A stretch of DNA of 64,000 nt from Alphaproteobacteria bacterium (GCA_017412085.1 JAFPYS010000019.1:17869-81868), one strand, 5' to 3'. Counted from the first letter of the stretch, positions 19,257 through 30,880 are shown. Translations and numbers: made by a program. Notes: generated by a model not told the origin, from the letters alone.

Positions 19257-20552
19257 TCACTCTTCTTCTTTTAACGCAATGATATCTTGCAGTTTTTGAT
19301 AGTAAGGACTTTGTTTGTTGAAGTGTTCAATTAACTTCTTTGCACGTTTTTGGGCCGCAGGCAATTTATTAGAAGCACGCTCATATTCAGCCATGGCATA
19401 ATCAGATTCTAAATCTTTTCCAAGTTTATTGTATGCGGTTGCCATTAATCGCCAACCAAGAGCCAAATCTGGTTCTTCAACGGTGGCTCGTGACAGAATT
19501 GGAAGAGCTTTTTGGGCCAAATTGGTATCATCTTTTTCCAGGTAGGCTTGAGCTAAGGCCAGCTCTATCAGGGGCTGATGAGGCTTAATTTTATTCGCTT
19601 GTTCATAGTTTTTAATCGCTTCATCTATAAAGCCTTTTTCAAATGAAAATTGTCCCTTCATTTCATAAAGATACGGATCGTTTGGTTTTTCCTTAATCAG
19701 TGTGTCCAATAATTGAAAAGATTTGTTTAAGTCATGCATCTGATAAAAGGCAATAGCTTGGGCGTAACGATCGGAGAAAGTGTTGCCTTTATAATGATTT
19801 AAAACATCCTGAGGCTTTTGCATAAAACCGATTAATTTTGCTTTGATACGTTCAAACATGGGATCTTTTTTCACGGGGGGTGCATTTTCGGTAAAGCGTC
19901 CCAAATCGTGTACGCGACTTTGTGTCATGGGGTGAGTGCGTAAATAACCAAGATCTGATTCGTCATTTAAGCGTTCCAAACGTCTCAGATGTTGCATAAT
20001 GTTGACGAAACCTTGCATGGAATAACCCAGTTTTTTCATAACATCAACGGCGATACGGTCTGCTGAACTTTCTTCGGTTTGTCGATATGTCAAAAATTGT
20101 CCCAAAGCAGATCCTTGAGATCCTATCATGATCGCTATTCCAGCATCTGGTCGGCCAGCAGCGACCGCCAAAATCCCGCCCAAAATTGTGGAAATCAGAG
20201 TGGTTGTTTTGGCTTTTTCCATGGCGGTAATGCCACGGGTAATATGGCCGCCAACAATATGGCCTGTTTCATGCGAGAGAACAAACATCACGTCGTCAAT
20301 GCTGGTGGCTTGAGTCAAAAGTCCCGTGTGTACGAAAATTGTCTGTCCACCAACAACGAAGGCATTTATAGACGGATCGTTTACGAGGACGATTTCTGCG
20401 TTTTCGGGGGGCAAATTGACAGCTTTAAAAATTTTCTTTGCCCATCCTGTGACAGTCTCTTCAATTTCTGTGTCCCGAATGATGGACACAGCATGGGCCG
20501 AAAATCCCCAAAAGAATACAAAGCACAGGAATAAAACATGCAAAATTTTCAT
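19257..20552 (-). CDS. bepA: M48 family Zn metalloprotease with TPR repeats (BepA-like)
   Basis: Signal peptide, LSHETGHIVGGH (HExxH), C-terminal TPR-like repeats. Confidence 0.85.
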   Translation of the reverse strand: MKILHVLFLCFVFFWGFSAHAVSIIRDTEIEETVTGWAKKIFKAVNLPPENAEIVLVNDPSINAFVVGGQTIFVHTGLLTQATSIDDVMFVLSHETGHIVGGHITRGITAMEKAKTTTLISTILGGILAVAAGRPDAGIAIMIGSQGSALGQFLTYRQTEESSADRIAVDVMKKLGYSMQGFVNIMQHLRRLERLNDESDLGYLRTHPMTQSRVHDLGRFTENAPPVKKDPMFERIKAKLIGFMQKPQDVLNHYKGNTFSDRYAQAIAFYQMHDLNKSFQLLDTLIKEKPNDPYLYEMKGQFSFEKGFIDEAIKNYEQANKIKPHQPLIELALAQAYLEKDDTNLAQKALPILSRATVEEPDLALGWRLMATAYNKLGKDLESDYAMAEYERASNKLPAAQKRAKKLIEHFNKQSPYYQKLQDIIALKEEE

Positions 20553-20558
20553 AAATGA

Positions 20559-20587
20559 AGAATAGAACAAAAAAATGCGTTCGTCAA
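20559..20587 (-). promoter_or_regulatory. bepA promoter with the same extended -35 element TTGACGAACGC
   Basis: Minus strand TTGACG-N17-TATTCT; plus-strand GCGTTCGTCAA at 20577-20587. Confidence 0.55.
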
Positions 20588-20632
20588 GAAAGAATCCTTG
20601 ACAAGTGGAAAATAATGGTATCAAATAGAGTC

Positions 20633-21112
20633 ATGATCAATGAAGATAAAAAGAAAATATTTGTTGGATTCTTGTTTGCCATGCTTTTGGCGATCAGCAT
20701 GATCGTGTTGCATGAGCGTTCTATCACAAAACAATCGCACATTGGATTCACGCTGTATGCGTATTTTAACAAAATAGATGGTGTGGCGAACGGGGTAGAA
20801 GTTCGTTTGGGGGGATTAAAAGTAGGACGTGTTGTCAGCCAAACATTTGCGAAAGACTATCAAATTAAAGTTGAGATGGCTTTAAATAAAGATTATCAGT
20901 TACCTGTGGATTCGTCTGTTCAAATTGAAACAGACGGCTTAATGGGACCAAAGCATATCGAAATTGTACCGGGAGCGGATGATGAATTGCTGCGCGATGG
21001 AGATGCGTTTGGATATACTCAGGATGTGATGATTTTAAATGATTTGCTTGAAAAAGTGGTGGCGTATATGCGCGATAAAAAAGGAGTGACAGATGAAGAA
21101 GAATCCAATTGA
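20633..21112 (+). CDS. mlaD: MlaD family protein (lipid transport, MCE domain), copy 1
   Basis: Single TM; YAYFNKIDGVANGVEVRLGGLKVGRV; GLMGPKHIEIVPG; alternative start 20615 possible. Confidence 0.85.
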   Translation: MINEDKKKIFVGFLFAMLLAISMIVLHERSITKQSHIGFTLYAYFNKIDGVANGVEVRLGGLKVGRVVSQTFAKDYQIKVEMALNKDYQLPVDSSVQIETDGLMGPKHIEIVPGADDELLRDGDAFGYTQDVMILNDLLEKVVAYMRDKKGVTDEEESN

Positions 21113-21536
21113 AACAATTTTAGGCTTTTTGGTGTTAATTTTAGCTTGTTTGTTTTTGTTTTTTGCCTGTTCCCGTATCGATACAAAAGATATATCAGGT
21201 TATACAGTGATTGCTAATTTTGCAAAAGTCGGCGGATTGGGTGCCGGTGCTGATGTCCGTATTGCTGGTTTAAAGGTTGGTTCTGTTTTAAAAACAGAAT
21301 TAGACCAGGAAGATTATACGGTTAACGTTTATTTAAGCATTGATTCCAATGTGAAATTACCAATTGACACAGTTGCGGCTATTGCGGACTCTGGTATCAT
21401 GGGCGATAAATATATCCGTTTGGAACCGGGCAAGGCTCAGGCAGTGTTAAATGAGAACGACAAGATGGCACAAACAAAAAGTTATAAGTCCTTAGAAGAC
21501 AGTGTGTCTGAGTTTATCTTTTTATCAACAAAGTAG
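21093..21536 (+). CDS. MlaD family protein, copy 2
   Basis: 147 aa; NFAKVGGLGAGADVRIAGLKVGSV; IMGDKYIRLEPG; overlaps copy 1 by 20 nt. Confidence 0.85.
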   Translation: MKKNPIETILGFLVLILACLFLFFACSRIDTKDISGYTVIANFAKVGGLGAGADVRIAGLKVGSVLKTELDQEDYTVNVYLSIDSNVKLPIDTVAAIADSGIMGDKYIRLEPGKAQAVLNENDKMAQTKSYKSLEDSVSEFIFLSTK

Positions 21537-21542
21537 GGGAAA

Positions 21543-21974
21543 ATGAAAAGAATTTTATTGGCATTTTTGTGTGGCATTAGTTGCAGCCTTCATGCTGCTG
21601 ATTTTCCGACAGAAGCTGTGTTGTTACAAGCTTTAGATAAGACAACAGGGCGGACAAGTTTTTTAACTGTTAAAGTTGGAGAGCCTTATGAATATGGGGA
21701 TTTAATCGTCAAGGTTGAAAAGTGTATGAAACGTCCCCAGGAAGAAACACCGGAAAATTCCGTGTTTATTAATGTGTCGGAAAAAACAGGCAATGAAATT
21801 TTTAATGGATGGATGTTTTCTTCAAATCCTGCGTTGTCTGCTATGGAGCATCCCGTTTACGATATATGGGTTATTGAGTGCAAGAATAAAAATGCTGCGC
21901 CCATACAACCGATTGTGTCTGCTGTTGAGTTGGGTGAAACAGAGGAAGTGAATACGGACGAATTAGAAGACTAG
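21543..21974 (+). CDS. DUF2155 domain-containing secreted protein
   Basis: 143 aa; signal peptide; LLQALDKTTGRTSFLTVKVGEPYEYGDLIVKVEKC...IFNGWMFSSNPALSAMEHPVYDIWVIECK. Confidence 0.8.
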   Translation: MKRILLAFLCGISCSLHAADFPTEAVLLQALDKTTGRTSFLTVKVGEPYEYGDLIVKVEKCMKRPQEETPENSVFINVSEKTGNEIFNGWMFSSNPALSAMEHPVYDIWVIECKNKNAAPIQPIVSAVELGETEEVNTDELED

Positions 21975-22963
21975 ACGTGTTCCTTTAAACAAAAATTCCT
22001 GATGTTTTGAAACGTTGTCTGTAAAATTCTTTGTAATGCATCTGTTGTATTAAAGGCAATATGTGGTGTTGCAATGACATGGGGGTGTTGTAACAGCTTT
22101 AAATTCATGGCAGAATCTAATAAAATTTGGGTTTCATTGTTGTGTTTGTGTAACAAAAGATCGTCATGTAACAAGATGTCCTCGTTTTCTAAAACATCCA
22201 ACCCAGCAGCGGCGACAACACCGGATTTTACGGCTTGATAAAGGGCTTGAGTATCGATTAAATCGCCCCGCGCCGTGTTAATAATATAAACGCCTTTTTT
22301 CATTTTTTTAAAAGCTTGTTGATTTAATAAATGATAATTTTCGGGGGTTGATGGAATGTGCAATGAAATAATATCGCTCTGTTTTAAAAGGCTCTCAAAG
22401 GAAACATAATAATCTTGTAATTCCTTTGTCGGATACAGATCATAAGCCAAGACTTTCATGCCAAAGCCGTTTGCCAAACGAATCATGTGGCGCCCAATGG
22501 AGCCGGTGCCAATAATGCCAATTGTTTTCCCATATAAATCAAATCCGGTGTACTCAGACGTATGAATTCGATTTCTGGCCATATCTTGTTGGGCGTTAAT
22601 AATGTGGCGCGAAATATTAAGCAGAAGTCCAAAAGCAAATTCGGCGACAGTTTGGGCCCCGTAATAAGGGACATTAACTATCTGGATGCGACGCTTATGG
22701 CAGTATTGCTGATCAATGTGGTTAATGCCCGTGCTTCGTGTTGCAATTAGCTTTAGATTAGGAAAGAGATCTAATTTTTTGGGATCTAAGATCTCTGAGT
22801 GCGTAAAAACGGAAATAACAGCTGCATCTGAATAAGATTGAAGGTTTTTGTGTGAAGTTTGATTTAAGCTATTTTTTTCAAAAACAAACGTTGTGTTTTT
22901 GATTGGATGTTGTTTGGCAAAGCTTTTTAAATCCGAATCCGTATCAAAAAATATAACCTTCAT
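21971..22963 (-). CDS. D-isomer specific 2-hydroxyacid dehydrogenase (D-lactate dehydrogenase-like)
   Basis: NAD-binding GIIGTGSIGRHMIRLANGFG; NTARGDLIDT; HVIATPHIAF. Confidence 0.88.
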   Translation of the reverse strand: MKVIFFDTDSDLKSFAKQHPIKNTTFVFEKNSLNQTSHKNLQSYSDAAVISVFTHSEILDPKKLDLFPNLKLIATRSTGINHIDQQYCHKRRIQIVNVPYYGAQTVAEFAFGLLLNISRHIINAQQDMARNRIHTSEYTGFDLYGKTIGIIGTGSIGRHMIRLANGFGMKVLAYDLYPTKELQDYYVSFESLLKQSDIISLHIPSTPENYHLLNQQAFKKMKKGVYIINTARGDLIDTQALYQAVKSGVVAAAGLDVLENEDILLHDDLLLHKHNNETQILLDSAMNLKLLQHPHVIATPHIAFNTTDALQRILQTTFQNIRNFCLKEHV

Positions 22964-23014
22964 CTTCTTTCTCCCGATGAAAGAGATGGGATAGATGAGG
23001 GGTAAAAACAAGAG

Positions 23015-23860
23015 TTATTTCATTAATAAATCTAAAAAGTGGATAATTTTTTCACGCGTTTTATCACGAGGGACAACTTGATCAATCATACCATGTTCCA
23101 GCAAATATTCTGATTTTTGGAAGTTTTCTGGTAATTTTTCATGAATTGTTTGCTCAATGACACGAGCGCCAGCAAAACCAATGGTGGCGCCAGGTTCGGC
23201 CAAGGTAATGTCAGCCAACATGGCAAAAGAGGCTGTAACACCGCCCGTGGTTGGGTTTGTTAAAAGAACGATGTAAGGAAGGCGCTGTTGCTTTAATTTT
23301 TTAACAGCTAATACTGTTCGTGCCATCTGCATCAAAGACAAGATGCCCTCTTGCATACGTGCGCCGCCAGAAGCTGGGATAAGCAAAAGAGCAGCTTGTT
23401 TGTTTAAGGCAAGATCTGCCGCTTTAATGATTGCTTGACCAACGGTGGTATTCATTGATCCTCCCATAAAGTCGAAATCGAAAACACCGATAACAACGGG
23501 ATGTCCCCCCATTAGGCCAGAGGCAAGAACAACGGCCTCGTCATGATTTGTCTTTTTGCGAGCTTCTTTCAGGCGATCAGTGTATTTCTTAATATCTTTG
23601 AAGTGAAGAGGATCTTCTTTTGTTTGTGGAAGTTTGATTGGCGTAAATTTTGCCTCATCAAACAAAAGTTCTAATCGCTTCATCGGAGATAAGCGAAAAT
23701 GGTACTGGCACGACGGGCAAACAAAATCGTGCTTTTGGACCTCAGAATGATATAACATATTGCCGCAGCCAGGACATTTGTCCCAGTAATTATCTGGAAT
23801 ATCCTTTACAATGTTGACCTTTTTAACAATAGGCCGGTTGCGGTTGTTAATCCAATTCAT
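23015..23860 (-). CDS. accD: Acetyl-CoA carboxylase carboxyltransferase subunit beta
   Basis: Zn-finger CPGCGNMLYHSEVQKHDFVCPSCQYHFRL; GGARMQEG; TTGGVTASFA-type. Confidence 0.95.
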   Translation of the reverse strand: MNWINNRNRPIVKKVNIVKDIPDNYWDKCPGCGNMLYHSEVQKHDFVCPSCQYHFRLSPMKRLELLFDEAKFTPIKLPQTKEDPLHFKDIKKYTDRLKEARKKTNHDEAVVLASGLMGGHPVVIGVFDFDFMGGSMNTTVGQAIIKAADLALNKQAALLLIPASGGARMQEGILSLMQMARTVLAVKKLKQQRLPYIVLLTNPTTGGVTASFAMLADITLAEPGATIGFAGARVIEQTIHEKLPENFQKSEYLLEHGMIDQVVPRDKTREKIIHFLDLLMK

Positions 23861-23872
23861 AGGGAACCTTTG

Positions 23873-24148
23873 TTATTTGTTAAGTGCTTGTTTTACAGCC
23901 TTACCAGCTTTAAAGAAGGGCACTTTCTTTTGGGATACTTGAACAGAGGCGCCAGTTTTAGGATTGCGTCCCGTACGGGCCTTACGTGTTCTGACGGACA
24001 AAACACCAAATTCACGTAATTCAACGCGATTGCCCTCAACAAGGGCTTCTGTAATGGTGTCAAAAATAGTGTTCACAATGCGTTTTGCAACAGTTTTGGA
24101 AACGTTTTCCGTTTCGGCAATTTTATCAATCAATTCAGATTTAATCAT
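23873..24148 (-). CDS. ihfB: Integration host factor beta / HU family DNA-binding protein
   Basis: 91 aa; VELREFGVLSVRTRKARTGRNPKTG. Confidence 0.88.
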   Translation of the reverse strand: MIKSELIDKIAETENVSKTVAKRIVNTIFDTITEALVEGNRVELREFGVLSVRTRKARTGRNPKTGASVQVSQKKVPFFKAGKAVKQALNK

Positions 24149-24181
24149 CTTGTCATCCTTTCATCTATAACGTTTATATTT

Positions 24182-25105
24182 TTACTTCTTTTTTTTAGAA
24201 AAGTCAAGTGGTGATTGATTTTTCTGTTTGTTCATCTCTTCGGCGCCCGAAACAATATCGATCAGCTCATCAGTAATTTGTGCTTGTCTGAGTTGTTGAT
24301 ACTGGAGATGAAATTCATCCAAAGAATCTTCAATGTTTTGTTCCGCTTCTTGCATATGAATCATGCGGGTATAGTGTTCACTTGCCAAACTAGAAACTAG
24401 ATCGTGTAGTACCATAACGGTCAGATACTCGTGCAAAAGAGCGCGAAACAATTGATCTTTATCAACGCTAATCATTGGAAGAGAGCGCCCATCCCATTTG
24501 GTGCGTTGCAATTGGTCCATATTTTCTTCTGGAAAGGGAATTAATTGCCGTGCCCGAGCGACAAAAGCGGCATTTCCTTGTTTGTGATTTGAAAATAAAT
24601 ATACAAAATCGATTTTATGAGCTGAGGCAATCTTGTTTATTTTGTTTAAAAGTTGTGCTGATATGGGCGCCAATTCTTTAAGTGAGTTTGAAATAGGATA
24701 GGTCGCCTCCAAAATATATTTAGGCTTGGATGAAGCCAGCAATCCGATGCGTTTGCCAACGGCGATAATATGTGGTTTGGAATCCGGAAACTGGTTTTGT
24801 AAATATTTTTCTGTAAATTTCATTAAATCCCGATTAAAGCGTCCAACCAACCCATTGTCTGAACCAATAATAATACCCAGGACATCTGACGCTTTGCTTG
24901 AAGATTTTGGGAGATCATAGTGAAAAGAATCTTGAGCAAATAATCCATGGAAAGCATCGCGGATTGTTTGCCCGTATTGCCTGAGGGATTGAAGCGCTTT
25001 TTCGTACTGACCAACGCTGACGGAGGACAGCATTTTCATGGTGCTGACAATCTCACCAAGATCCGAAGTCGTTTTTATTCGACGATTAAGCGCTTCTAAG
25101 CTCAT
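24182..25105 (-). CDS. atpG: N-ATPase F1 subunit gamma
   Basis: 307 aa; MSLEALNRRIKTTSDLGEIVSTMKM...; last gene of the atp operon. Confidence 0.88.
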   Translation of the reverse strand: MSLEALNRRIKTTSDLGEIVSTMKMLSSVSVGQYEKALQSLRQYGQTIRDAFHGLFAQDSFHYDLPKSSSKASDVLGIIIGSDNGLVGRFNRDLMKFTEKYLQNQFPDSKPHIIAVGKRIGLLASSKPKYILEATYPISNSLKELAPISAQLLNKINKIASAHKIDFVYLFSNHKQGNAAFVARARQLIPFPEENMDQLQRTKWDGRSLPMISVDKDQLFRALLHEYLTVMVLHDLVSSLASEHYTRMIHMQEAEQNIEDSLDEFHLQYQQLRQAQITDELIDIVSGAEEMNKQKNQSPLDFSKKKK

Positions 25106-26617
25106 TTATAATCCTTTTTTATCAAGGGCCGAACGAAAGGCATCCAATAATTTGTTTTGAGTAGATGGATCTAGTTTCTCTCGCTTTAAAACAATTCGAT
25201 CAACAATGGATGAGAAACGTTGATGAAGTGTTTTATGAATAATATCTTGTGCCTGCAAGATTTGTTTGTCATTCATTGTATCAAAAATGCCATTGTTCAC
25301 AGATAAGAAGACTGCGATTTGGGTTGCCACATCCATGGGGTGAAATTGAACCTGTTGTAAAACCAAACGAATTGCATGACCACGATTTAACTTCTGCTGT
25401 GTTTCAGCATCCAGTTGAACGCCAAATTTTGAGAAGGATTCCAATTCTTCAAATTGTGAGTAAAAAAGCTTAAGTGGCCCCAATAATTGCCGATAAGCAG
25501 GTAATTGGGCTTCACCCCCAACGCGGGAGACAGAACGACCTGTATCAATTGCGGGCATGATGCCCTTTTGGAACAAGGACGTTGATAAATAAATCTGACC
25601 ATCTGTAATAGAAATTACATTGGTTGGAATATACGCGGAAATATTGCCCGCTTCCGTTGAAACAATTGGAAGAGAAGTTAATGAACCACCGCCCAATTTG
25701 TTAATTAAATGTGTGGAGCGTTCAAGTAATCTTGAATGAATATAGAAAATATCTCCAGGATAGGCTTCACGTCCAGGGGGTGTTCTTAAAAGTAAAGACA
25801 TCTGACGATAGGCGCGCGCATGGGCAGTTAGATCATCATAAACAATCAGAACATCCTTGCCTTTCATCATAAACCATTCGGCAATAGATGTGGCAGAATA
25901 GGGTGCAATAAATTGTAAACCGGCTTCTTCTTCACCGTTGGCAACAACAATAACGGAATGGTCCATCATGCCGCCGTTTTTTAATTGATCAATAACACGT
26001 GCGGTATCGGCACTGCGTTGCCCAATGGCGCAATAAATACAAATAACACCTGTTTCTTTTTGATTTAGGATGGTATCGACAGCAATGGCCGTTTTACCCG
26101 TTTGACGATCTCCCAGGATTAACTCACGTTGTCCCCGTCCAATCGGGGTAAAGGAATCGATAGCCTTAATTCCTGTTTGAAGAGGGGTATCCACTGGGGC
26201 GCGATCCATGATAGAATGTGCTGGTCGTTCAATCGGCCAATTTTCTTTTGTGTGTATCTTGCCCTGTTCATCCAACGGTTGACCCAAAGGATTTATGACA
26301 CGCCCCAACAATTCCGGGCCGACAGGAACTTCCAAAATGCGTCCAGTTTGCTCTGCCCGGTCTCCCGCCGTTAAAGAATCCGCATTTGTTAAAAACACAA
26401 CACCAGCTGATTTGTCTTCCAAGTTATGAACCATGCCAATCACACCATTCTTAAATGTCAAAAGCTCATTAATTTTTGCATTAGATAGCCCAGATACTTG
26501 TGCTGTTCCTGCGGAAATAGATATAACTTCATTTGCCTCTTTCACGTGCAATTTGGGGGCTGTTTTTTTGATGGCAGCTTGAATGCTTCGATCTATTTTT
26601 AAAGCTTTTTGTTTCAT
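25106..26617 (-). CDS. atpA: N-ATPase F1 subunit alpha
   Basis: 503 aa; Walker A GDRQTGKTAIA; DDLTAHARAYRQMSLLLRTPPGREAYPGD. Confidence 0.95.
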   Translation of the reverse strand: MKQKALKIDRSIQAAIKKTAPKLHVKEANEVISISAGTAQVSGLSNAKINELLTFKNGVIGMVHNLEDKSAGVVFLTNADSLTAGDRAEQTGRILEVPVGPELLGRVINPLGQPLDEQGKIHTKENWPIERPAHSIMDRAPVDTPLQTGIKAIDSFTPIGRGQRELILGDRQTGKTAIAVDTILNQKETGVICIYCAIGQRSADTARVIDQLKNGGMMDHSVIVVANGEEEAGLQFIAPYSATSIAEWFMMKGKDVLIVYDDLTAHARAYRQMSLLLRTPPGREAYPGDIFYIHSRLLERSTHLINKLGGGSLTSLPIVSTEAGNISAYIPTNVISITDGQIYLSTSLFQKGIMPAIDTGRSVSRVGGEAQLPAYRQLLGPLKLFYSQFEELESFSKFGVQLDAETQQKLNRGHAIRLVLQQVQFHPMDVATQIAVFLSVNNGIFDTMNDKQILQAQDIIHKTLHQRFSSIVDRIVLKREKLDPSTQNKLLDAFRSALDKKGL

Positions 26618-27405
26618 TTACGTGCCTTTCGTTGAACGGGGACAATTAAATTTTCGATATTTTGTTTTAAACGTTGGTTGATTTCCTCCAAATAACCATT
26701 CAAATTCCATTCTAGTACGAAAGTACCAACGCGCATTTCGATTCCCAACACTAAATCTTGACGCTTTTTGAATTGAAAGCGCATTTTGGGAGGAAGTGTA
26801 AGATTTTTGCTCACAATATTTTGGATATAAACTTGTTGTTTCGTCGTTAATTTTTCTGATGTGATAATCTGAATTAACTTTTCTTGTTTAATAAGCTTTT
26901 CCAGAACATTTTTCTTTTGTTTTGAAAGAGCGTGAATCTTTTTGTGAAACAAAGATAGGATTTGATCCATAGGTGTTTGTTGGGTCCATTCGGATAAAAT
27001 TTTCCGAGACAACGTCATAAATTCAGTTGCAAGCATTTCTTGAATGCTTACCTGTGATGTTTCCCATGAACGATTTAAATCTTCCTGCAAATTTTCGCGC
27101 TTAATCCTGTAATTTAATTCCAATTCTTTCATCATTTTAGCTTTTTGTTGATGAATATCGCGTTCCATTTCATCTAATCGTTTTTGATATAATTTATCAA
27201 AATCCTTTTGTTGTTGTTTTAGATGTGCTTCCTGTTCTTCCGAGGATTTTAGTTTGTCCTCAGCTTCTTGTATGGTGTCGGCGACTTCTTTCCTGCGCTT
27301 ATCTATAATACTTAGAACTGGCCGGTACAAGAAATGTTGTAACAACCATATTAATAAGAACAGGTTAACAATTTGCGCGATAAATGTGATAAGATTAAAT
27401 CCCAT
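26614..27405 (-). CDS. atpF: N-ATPase F0 subunit b (long form)
   Basis: 263 aa; N-terminal TM NLITFIAQIVNLFLLIWLLQHFLYRPVLSIIDKRR then long coiled coil. Confidence 0.88.
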   Translation of the reverse strand: MGFNLITFIAQIVNLFLLIWLLQHFLYRPVLSIIDKRRKEVADTIQEAEDKLKSSEEQEAHLKQQQKDFDKLYQKRLDEMERDIHQQKAKMMKELELNYRIKRENLQEDLNRSWETSQVSIQEMLATEFMTLSRKILSEWTQQTPMDQILSLFHKKIHALSKQKKNVLEKLIKQEKLIQIITSEKLTTKQQVYIQNIVSKNLTLPPKMRFQFKKRQDLVLGIEMRVGTFVLEWNLNGYLEEINQRLKQNIENLIVPVQRKARK

Positions 27406-27415
27406 TTAGCCTCAC

Positions 27416-27694
27416 TTATTTTGTTGCCATTTCAACCGCAAAATTCCAAAATGGATTAAAGTATAAAATCAAAACTGTAATCACGAAAGCGTAAATTGCA
27501 GTTGATTCCACCATTGCCATTGCCACAAATAAAGTACGTGTGATGTTGGAAGATTCATCCGGTTGTTGAGCCATTGAGCGCAAAGCATTGGCCGCAATAT
27601 TTGCCTCTCCAATAGCTGGGCCAACGCCTCCAATAGCAACACATAATGCTGCTGATAAGACAGATATCATTCCAATCCATGTAATTGAATCCAT
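27416..27694 (-). CDS. atpE: N-ATPase F0 subunit c
   Basis: 92 aa, two TMs; GPAIGEANIAANALRSMAQQPD and VESTAIYAFVITVLILYFNPF. Confidence 0.95.
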   Translation of the reverse strand: MDSITWIGMISVLSAALCVAIGGVGPAIGEANIAANALRSMAQQPDESSNITRTLFVAMAMVESTAIYAFVITVLILYFNPFWNFAVEMATK

Positions 27695-27696
27695 AG

Positions 27697-28395
27697 TTAT
27701 TCTCCTTTTGTATCGTTATTGTTAATCAAAACTTCTTCGGGGGCTACCGCCGATACATATACGATAGCAAGAAGTGCAAAAATGTAAGCCTGGATGGTTC
27801 CCGTTAACAGTCCTAATAATTGTAGAGGAATGGGGACTACAAATGGTGCCAGCATTAATAAAACGCTGACAATCACAATACCGCTCAGCATGTTCCCATA
27901 CAGACGAAAAGCCAAGGCAAAGGTGGAAGAAAAATCAGAAATAATATTCATTGGTAACATAATTGGTGTTGGATCGATAAATTTTTTAAAATATTTCCTT
28001 AGACCAGCATTTTTGGTGCCATAGTAAGGGATGGCAAAGAAAACGACCGAAGCAAAAGCTACCGTCGTAGATAAACTGGCGGTTGGTGGATCAAATCCTG
28101 GAATCAGGGCCAGGAAGTTGGCCGTTGCAATAAATAAAAAGAAGGTGCCAATAAGGGAGATGTATTTGTTTGGGCGATCGTTACTGACAGCGTGAATCTG
28201 TCCACACAGGGTGCTCACAAGCATCTCCATAACCATTTGTAAACGTCCAATATTTTTGCCGCTAGTAAGTGTGCGTGTTGTGATGATGGATAAAACCAAA
28301 AGGACCAACATAGTGATCCATGTGTAAAACAATGTGGCATTAACTGGAAGGCCAAATAAATAGAACAAAATCTGAGTGTCCAAATTTTGAATCAT
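27697..28395 (-). CDS. atpB: N-ATPase F0 subunit a
   Basis: 232 aa; ALAFRLYGNMLSG with conserved Arg; LLTGTIQAYIFALLAIVYV. Confidence 0.93.
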   Translation of the reverse strand: MIQNLDTQILFYLFGLPVNATLFYTWITMLVLLVLSIITTRTLTSGKNIGRLQMVMEMLVSTLCGQIHAVSNDRPNKYISLIGTFFLFIATANFLALIPGFDPPTASLSTTVAFASVVFFAIPYYGTKNAGLRKYFKKFIDPTPIMLPMNIISDFSSTFALAFRLYGNMLSGIVIVSVLLMLAPFVVPIPLQLLGLLTGTIQAYIFALLAIVYVSAVAPEEVLINNNDTKGE

Positions 28396-28682
28396 GCTAT
28401 TGCCTTTCTTGGTAGATAGTTTAAGAGAATTAATCTGGTCAAAATAAAGCCGCAGAGAATAGATAAAAATTGCACAAGATTATGTTGCGCACATAAAAAG
28501 AGCAGGACAACGGCAAGCGATATACGTATAATGGCCGTTATTAACAAAAAGGGAACCTTGTGTTTAATTTTGGGCAATGCTTTTAGGGATAACCATAATA
28601 AAGTTAGATACACCAAGCAGATGAGTGATCCCATCGCGAGACCAAGAAAAAATTGGCTCAAAGAAAATGAAAAAGACATCAT
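28392..28682 (-). CDS. atpR: N-ATPase accessory subunit AtpR
   Basis: 96 aa, three predicted TMs, located between atpQ and atpB as in N-ATPase operons. Confidence 0.75.
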   Translation of the reverse strand: MMSFSFSLSQFFLGLAMGSLICLVYLTLLWLSLKALPKIKHKVPFLLITAIIRISLAVVLLFLCAQHNLVQFLSILCGFILTRLILLNYLPRKAIA

Positions 28683-28994
28683 TTTTTTGCCCCCTTTTTC
28701 TTAACAGATTTTTTTTCTTTTTTAAGGCCAACCGATCTGAAAAACCAAGCATTTGCATTATAAAAACCAATACAAATGCCGATTAAAACAAAATTCAAAA
28801 CCCACGAGATATGAGCGACAGGATAATATTTATCCAAAAAAGCACCAGCCAAAATACCAATAAGCACGGGAATGGCAACTTGAAAACCGTAAATTGTTAA
28901 AACCGCAGCGTGATAGGCGTGTTTGCGTTGGGATCGATTGCGCAAATTATTTGCTTTTTTAATTAATATGTTTGCCTGCTGTTCAAAATATTGA

Positions 28995-29008
<14 letters not shown>
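28679..29008 (-). CDS. atpQ: N-ATPase accessory subunit AtpQ (AtpI/AtpZ-like, two TMs)
   Basis: 109 aa; two TMs, GAFLDKYYPVAHISWVLNFVLIGICIGFYNA. Confidence 0.75.
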
Positions 29009-30833
<1,825 letters not shown>

Positions 30834-30880
30834 GCGAAAATTCAAAATTGGGAAAAATAAATTTTCAAGGCGCTGAGGTA

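Noticed and set aside
20633-21536. The tandem MlaD ORFs could have been one frameshifted gene
   Set aside because: Each contains its own TM helix and a complete MCE domain, so they are two paralogues rather than halves.
25106-26617. Possibility that the atp cluster is a canonical H+ F-ATPase merely rearranged
   Set aside because: Gene order D-C-Q-R-B-E-F-A-G, absence of delta, presence of AtpQ/AtpR-like proteins and the Na+-type c-subunit residues together match N-ATPase better.
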